DNA of 20,269 bases from the sequence record NC_074633.1; one strand, written 5' to 3'. The translations under genes and the position numbers were made by a program. Of the stretch, positions 16,028-20,269 are shown piece after piece. Each line of letters starts with the position of its first letter. Within the stretch, counting starts at the first letter, position 1. Below the pieces are notes generated by a model. It saw nothing but the letters and a program-made list of their open reading frames with translations, did no database searches and was not told the DNA's origin.

Positions 16028-17107
16028 ATGGCCTACGTAAACAAATATTCCATAATTAGCTCATCTGCATGGAATCAAATTGTACAAAATGCGCAACTAA
16101 TTTACAATATTTGGCAACAAGTCGTGAGCGCAATTCAACAACTTACAAATATAAATGCACAAGTAAATTATTCAAATTATCAAACACAACAACAAAATGT
16201 AGCGAATATAATAAGTGGTCTTTCCAGGTATTTGTCCTATCCAACAATAAAAACTCCTACTCCAAATATTCTAACTGCAAGCCCTGGCATGATATTAACT
16301 GCCGACATGATGAATAAAATGGTAAATGCAATACAAAAATTGTATAATTCAATAATGCCAACGCCTGCACCACAAATTTCAGAGGTTTTTGGCGGAGATA
16401 TTGTAACCTCAGATCATTGGAATAAAATCGTTAAAGCAATAAATGAATTACAAAATGCATTTGAAATAATATTTTTACCAGTACCCACACTAGGCGGTCC
16501 CATCATAGGCGGACCAATAATATTACCGCCAGAAAGTTTTTCATTCGATTTAATATCACCATATGTGATTATACCGTTTACACCTAGTTTTGGTATTCAA
16601 GTTAAAGAATATTTAATAGATCTCTTTGTTAAAAATCATATTTTATATTTGATTGCGGGATATCCAGAACCTGCAATAAATACAAAATATACTTTCTCTG
16701 GATCAGAAAAAATAGGCAATATCTTTGCATATGGTTACAATGTAACATTTTCACTGATTGAAAGCGTAAAAATACAGGATATATATCTATATGGAGATTA
16801 CAATAATGTAAACCCGGCATACAATTCAAAAATAGGAAACCTATTAATGATAGGCGATAATAATGTAATAACGGCATCTAATAGTGCAACAATTGTAAAT
16901 GTAACAATAATAGGAAATAACGACACTGTAACTACAAATGATAACTCAGTAATTCAAAATCTTACCGTATGCGGTCAAGGAAATTTAATCTCAGGATCTG
17001 GTATTGTAAATCTCTATTTATGTAATCCTGACAATACTATCGGAAGTGGTGTGCAAAATATAATAACAAGTTCTCCACTATGCCAAGTTGTCTGCGGTTC
17101 AGGTTAG
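16028..17107 (+). CDS. Putative virion spike/adhesin with N-terminal WN-helix repeats and a C-terminal beta-helix
   Basis: Three [IVL]-[ST]-x3-(W/M)N-x2-V motifs; five exact 20-aa I-x-N/D...G-x-N repeats starting at 16712; coupled to the fibre gene. Confidence 0.72.
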   Translation: MAYVNKYSIISSSAWNQIVQNAQLIYNIWQQVVSAIQQLTNINAQVNYSNYQTQQQNVANIISGLSRYLSYPTIKTPTPNILTASPGMILTADMMNKMVNAIQKLYNSIMPTPAPQISEVFGGDIVTSDHWNKIVKAINELQNAFEIIFLPVPTLGGPIIGGPIILPPESFSFDLISPYVIIPFTPSFGIQVKEYLIDLFVKNHILYLIAGYPEPAINTKYTFSGSEKIGNIFAYGYNVTFSLIESVKIQDIYLYGDYNNVNPAYNSKIGNLLMIGDNNVITASNSATIVNVTIIGNNDTVTTNDNSVIQNLTVCGQGNLISGSGIVNLYLCNPDNTIGSGVQNIITSSPLCQVVCGSG

Positions 17108-17166
17108 CTTAATATGCATATGTTTAATATTTGGAATATTACAATTGCGCATTCTGCTTAAAAATG
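17107..17166. promoter_or_regulatory. Inverted copy of the AATATT element plus TGCTTAAAAATG core upstream of the methyltransferase operon
   Basis: 17107-17147 matches the reverse complement of 10368-10408 at 34/41 positions; TATA core at 17155-17166. Confidence 0.7.
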
Positions 17167-17186
17167 CCCACATCAGGGATTAAAAT

Positions 17187-17657
17187 ATGTTGGAAAAGTA
17201 TTTTCACGACTTACAATGTGATTATTGGAGGGAATACCCCCACGCCTACGGACTTCTGAATGTCTACAACAAAACGATACAAATTGTTGGGGCTGATTGT
17301 GGATCTTCAGCTTTGTATTTTTTACTTAGAGGCGCAAAATATATCATCCAATACGAGAAGAAACAACATTTAAGAGAAAAATGGAAAGAAGTATGCACAC
17401 ACTTTGACATTTGTCAAAAGGCTGAAATGCGGTCAGAATGGAACGGACAGTATGATAATGCCGACATTTTCATTATGGATTGTGAAGGATGTGAAGAGAA
17501 TTTAGATGTTTCTCAGTTAAAGAGGTATGAGCAATATTGTATTGCGGTTCACGATTGGACAAAAAATAGAGTCGACTTAATGCGAAAACTTGAAGGCTTA
17601 ACGTTTACATATATTTCAGACGACGGTAGAGAAATTGTATTGTGCAAAGTGAGGTGA
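17187..17657 (+). CDS. SAM-dependent methyltransferase (SIRV ORF158-like, FkbM-like)
   Basis: Motif I IVGADCGSSALYF, acidic residue after strand 2 (QYEK), and MDCEGCE (D-x-E-G-x-E). Confidence 0.85.
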   Translation: MLEKYFHDLQCDYWREYPHAYGLLNVYNKTIQIVGADCGSSALYFLLRGAKYIIQYEKKQHLREKWKEVCTHFDICQKAEMRSEWNGQYDNADIFIMDCEGCEENLDVSQLKRYEQYCIAVHDWTKNRVDLMRKLEGLTFTYISDDGREIVLCKVR

Positions 17658-17663
17658 GGCAAA

Positions 17664-18254
17664 ATGAAAATTATCACGTTTTGCGGTAATTGCAAATATT
17701 TAGATGAGCTGGATTTTGATTATGTTGTCGTAGATAAAACATATAACGACATTACGCAAGAACAAATAGAGAAATTTAAAGATAAAATAATTTGGAACGA
17801 AACAAATTCTGATGATAGGCAAACAAGAATTGCAAAAAATGTGCTAAAAGCGTTAGAAATTGCAAAAAATTTAAATGACGATAAATTCGCAATTCTAGAT
17901 AGCGACATTATTATGCCAAGAGTTAGACAAATATCGTTAACTCCATTAGTTCTATCGCTTTGTTATCCACTTTATTACGATTGGGCTGACGAAATTAGAC
18001 CGTTTTGTTCTGGGACAAATTACATATTTACAAAACAACAAATTTATATATTAGAAAATGCATTTTTACAGTTTGTTAACAACAGAGATAAAATTACTGA
18101 AAAAGTTGATATATTTGTACACGATAACATACCGCACCTCAATACCTTTATACCGCCGGTTTCCCATTATATTAACGGAGAGAAGGTGACGTTTACAATT
18201 GACAATTTAGACCTCATTAGAAAGCATATTCCAGAACTTGTACTGGTGTTTTGA
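17664..18254 (+). CDS. Putative GT-A fold glycosyltransferase
   Basis: DYVVVD and FAILDSDII (DxD motif); lies in an operon with the MTase and GT4. Confidence 0.7.
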   Translation: MKIITFCGNCKYLDELDFDYVVVDKTYNDITQEQIEKFKDKIIWNETNSDDRQTRIAKNVLKALEIAKNLNDDKFAILDSDIIMPRVRQISLTPLVLSLCYPLYYDWADEIRPFCSGTNYIFTKQQIYILENAFLQFVNNRDKITEKVDIFVHDNIPHLNTFIPPVSHYINGEKVTFTIDNLDLIRKHIPELVLVF

Positions 18255-18255
18255 C

Positions 18256-19311
18256 GTGATAATCTATTACGTTTACCCCATGCATCATGACGTTAGCTTC
18301 AAATTTGTCGCACAAGAGCATATCAAAATGCTAAGAAGCAAATATACTGTCTATGACATTCCAGAGCTTAACTTTTATCAGTTTACACCATACGGGCGCC
18401 CACTGACATTTATCCACCCACTTTTTTACGGTATGTTGAATTGGACCGACATACAGTGGTCATTTTTCAAAATGTACAGATCGAAAGTGTCAAAAATTGT
18501 TGGCGTTGAAGTTGCGGACAGTGACAGAATTTCAGAAAAGTTCATTGAGATTGCAAACTTATGGGCTGACGCACTTGTCGTCAACTCTAAGTGGTCTTAT
18601 GATGCTTATATAAATTCAGGGCTCAAAATTCTAATCCATATTGTACCACATAATTACGATCCAAGACTTGAAGCCCCAGATGATCAATTAAAAGTTTCGC
18701 CAGAAATCAAAAAAATTGAAGAGATAAAGAAAGACAAAAAGATAAAGATCATCTTATTCTTTTCCTGGCATAGCGGTTACAGGAAAGGTGACGATTTATT
18801 TCAGAAGATAGCAAGACAAATACAAAAAGAGAGAGATGACGTTTACTTTATTGTAAAAAGCGCAACACCAAGACAAGATTTGGCAGACTTGAGGCTTTTC
18901 AACATCACTGGCGTAATTCCGTTTGACGATATCGTAAAGCTATACAGAATTTCTGACCTTCTGCTTTTGCCGTCAAGGGGTGGCTCATTTGAACTTAACG
19001 GTCTTGAGGCTTTAGTTAGTGGCATACCAGTTATAGCATCAGATGAAGGACCTTGGACTGAATATTTCCCACCGACATTAAGGCATTTTCTAGCTAAAAC
19101 TGTAAACCATCCAATCGTCCTGCCCAATAATCCAATTCATATCGGTCGTGGAGTAGAAATTTCAGTTGATGACGCAGTAGATAAAGCACTCAAAATACTG
19201 GATAACGTGGAAGAAGAAAAAGCAAAAGTGAGAGATGAAATTGAGTTTTTCCGCAATAACTACAGTTTTGAAGTAGTAAAAAAGAAATTACTTAAGGTTG
19301 TTGAGAATTGA
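18256..19311 (+). CDS. GT-B fold glycosyltransferase (GT4-like)
   Basis: YYVYPMHHDVSFKFVA N-terminus typical of rudiviral GTs; RKGDD and PSRGGSFELNGLEALVSGIPVI. GTG18256 chosen as start because it directly follows the upstream TGA. Confidence 0.92.
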   Translation: MIIYYVYPMHHDVSFKFVAQEHIKMLRSKYTVYDIPELNFYQFTPYGRPLTFIHPLFYGMLNWTDIQWSFFKMYRSKVSKIVGVEVADSDRISEKFIEIANLWADALVVNSKWSYDAYINSGLKILIHIVPHNYDPRLEAPDDQLKVSPEIKKIEEIKKDKKIKIILFFSWHSGYRKGDDLFQKIARQIQKERDDVYFIVKSATPRQDLADLRLFNITGVIPFDDIVKLYRISDLLLLPSRGGSFELNGLEALVSGIPVIASDEGPWTEYFPPTLRHFLAKTVNHPIVLPNNPIHIGRGVEISVDDAVDKALKILDNVEEEKAKVRDEIEFFRNNYSFEVVKKKLLKVVEN

Positions 19312-20136
19312 CTCTGCGTACTTTCTGATAATTCTTGTGTTCATCCTCAATGCTGACGCAGTAACCCCACATTTTTTGTCAATATCTGGTTGAGTTATTG
19401 TATAACCGTCATTCTTTGCAAGATAATACAAAATTGTGCATGCAACAACTTTTGGACTTCTGCCAGAGAAAATGCCAGATTTCTCAATCTCTTTTGAAAA
19501 GTTAAGCGCTTTTTCTATTAATTCAATTGGCAATCCCAATCGCAAACCGCACTCTTTTACAAAATCTTCAACTGCAAAATTTGGTATCTTCTCATCAAAA
19601 TACTTTAACACCTCAAAATAAGCGCTGGTAAATTGTTTTGGCGAAATCTTGTATATCTCCCAAACTTTTTCGACATATTCATCAAACGGCATTAAAATTC
19701 TCAGTTTACGATACGCAATATAGATAGAAACTAAAACAACAATTTCATGACCTAGATATCTTAAATGTTTATTTCCCCACAACTTCTGCAAAATCCTACT
19801 GGCTTCTTGCCTTATGGCGTCATTTCCACCAATTTTTTGAACTGCAGTTACTAAAAATCTTAAAGCTTCCAACAAAGGCTTACTTTCTGCTGAATAAAGA
19901 TTTGAAAGCCTGATGTTTTTCGGTTTTATACCGATAGTTGGCAAAAATCCTGAATTGATGATAACACTTGGATTTATTGGAAAAGCTCTTGCCCTTTCCA
20001 TAAATTGCTCGGCGTTATAAGCTCTCCAGTCCATGCCCTGGTCTACAACTCTATCTTCTAAAACTTCGCCAGTTTCAGTACAGATGAACTCACCTCTTTC
20101 ACTATCAAATACAATTTTGTCTGGTGCGCAACTCAT
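19288..20136 (-). CDS. tfb: Virus-encoded transcription initiation factor B (TFB/TFIIB) homolog, full length and divergent
   Basis: CAPDKIVFDSERGEFICTETGEVLEDRVVDQGMDWRAY mirrors the Sulfolobales TFB ribbon/B-reader; two cyclin repeats (SIYIAYRK; SGRSPKVVACTILY...TQPDI...GVT). Confidence 0.93.
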   Translation of the reverse strand: MSCAPDKIVFDSERGEFICTETGEVLEDRVVDQGMDWRAYNAEQFMERARAFPINPSVIINSGFLPTIGIKPKNIRLSNLYSAESKPLLEALRFLVTAVQKIGGNDAIRQEASRILQKLWGNKHLRYLGHEIVVLVSIYIAYRKLRILMPFDEYVEKVWEIYKISPKQFTSAYFEVLKYFDEKIPNFAVEDFVKECGLRLGLPIELIEKALNFSKEIEKSGIFSGRSPKVVACTILYYLAKNDGYTITQPDIDKKCGVTASALRMNTRIIRKYAESILNNLK

Positions 20137-20254
20137 ATGTGAACATCAAATTGATTACATTTTTATTTCTTGCTATAGCCGATTGCATTTTTATTGCATA
20201 TACATCAAGTCGTTCCAACAAGTTTTCGTCAATTTTAAACGTTACAACTTCCAC
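20105..20254 (-). pseudogene. Truncated or chimeric copy of the terminal RHH gene (49-aa ORF)
   Basis: Manual translation: [49 protein letters not shown]. The first 13 aa are identical to 16..192, similarity continues to YAIK, and the SRSEVIR helix is lost. Confidence 0.65.
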
Positions 20255-20269
20255 CGCAATCGCCTACAC
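20215..20269 (-). repeat. Right inverted terminal repeat (55 bp perfect)
   Basis: Reverse complement of 1-55. Confidence 0.97.

Larger units (their letters stand above)
1..20269. mobile_element. Linear dsDNA archaeal virus genome, family Rudiviridae (possibly Metallosphaera rod-shaped virus 1 or a close relative)
   Basis: Inverted terminal repeats, SIRV-type capsid protein and SIRV-like core genes (Rep, SSB, ATPase, Cas4-like, Hjc, GTs, MTase, large tail protein). The species name is from memory of genome size and is not verified. Confidence 0.95.

Noticed and set aside
1987-17147. Dispersed 27-bp repeats as CRISPR repeats or mini-arrays
   Set aside because: Copies are kilobases apart, occur in both orientations, have no spacer-length periodicity and do not resemble Sulfolobales CRISPR repeats.
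462-19621. Remaining 60-101 aa nested or antisense ORFs in the track (e.g. 462, 921, 1284, 2466, 3108, 3219, 3650, 5083, 5340, 5808, 6070, 6784, 7760, 7884, 8311, 10316, 11558, 11909, 12669, 13167, 13965, 14662, 16069, 16629, 17720, 18843, 19436)
   Set aside because: All overlap better-supported genes and lack recognisable motifs or translation signals.
1-20269. tRNA/rRNA genes, integrase, IS elements, DNA polymerase
   Set aside because: None recognisable; intergenic gaps are short and AT-rich, and rudiviruses rely on host replication enzymes.

Overview
This window looks like a near-complete ~20.3 kb linear genome of an archaeal rod-shaped virus (Rudiviridae, Sulfolobales host). It has a 55-bp inverted terminal repeat, a 134-aa SIRV-type major capsid protein and the rudiviral core genes: HUH Rep, the SSB/ATPase/Cas4-like trio, Holliday junction resolvase, three minor structural proteins, three glycosyltransferases, a SAM methyltransferase, a GNAT-like protein and several RHH regulators. 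The length and content match my recollection of Metallosphaera rod-shaped virus 1; this is unverified and needs BLAST. Three small RHH-type ORFs are missing from the ORF track (16..192, 700..846, 20105..20254). The most interesting candidate system is transcriptional: a full-length viral TFB with a rewritten recognition helix, together with conserved non-canonical upstream elements (AATATT arrays, a GCA(G)TTGAAT box 48-49 nt before structural genes, TGCTTAAAAATG cores). Other notable points are a truncated capsid paralog next to the capsid gene, twin GAA-triloop hairpins inside a structural gene, modular repeat-built virion proteins, and no recognisable pyramid (PVAP) or anti-CRISPR genes. All assignments come from reading the sequence and recalling family features; no database searches were run.
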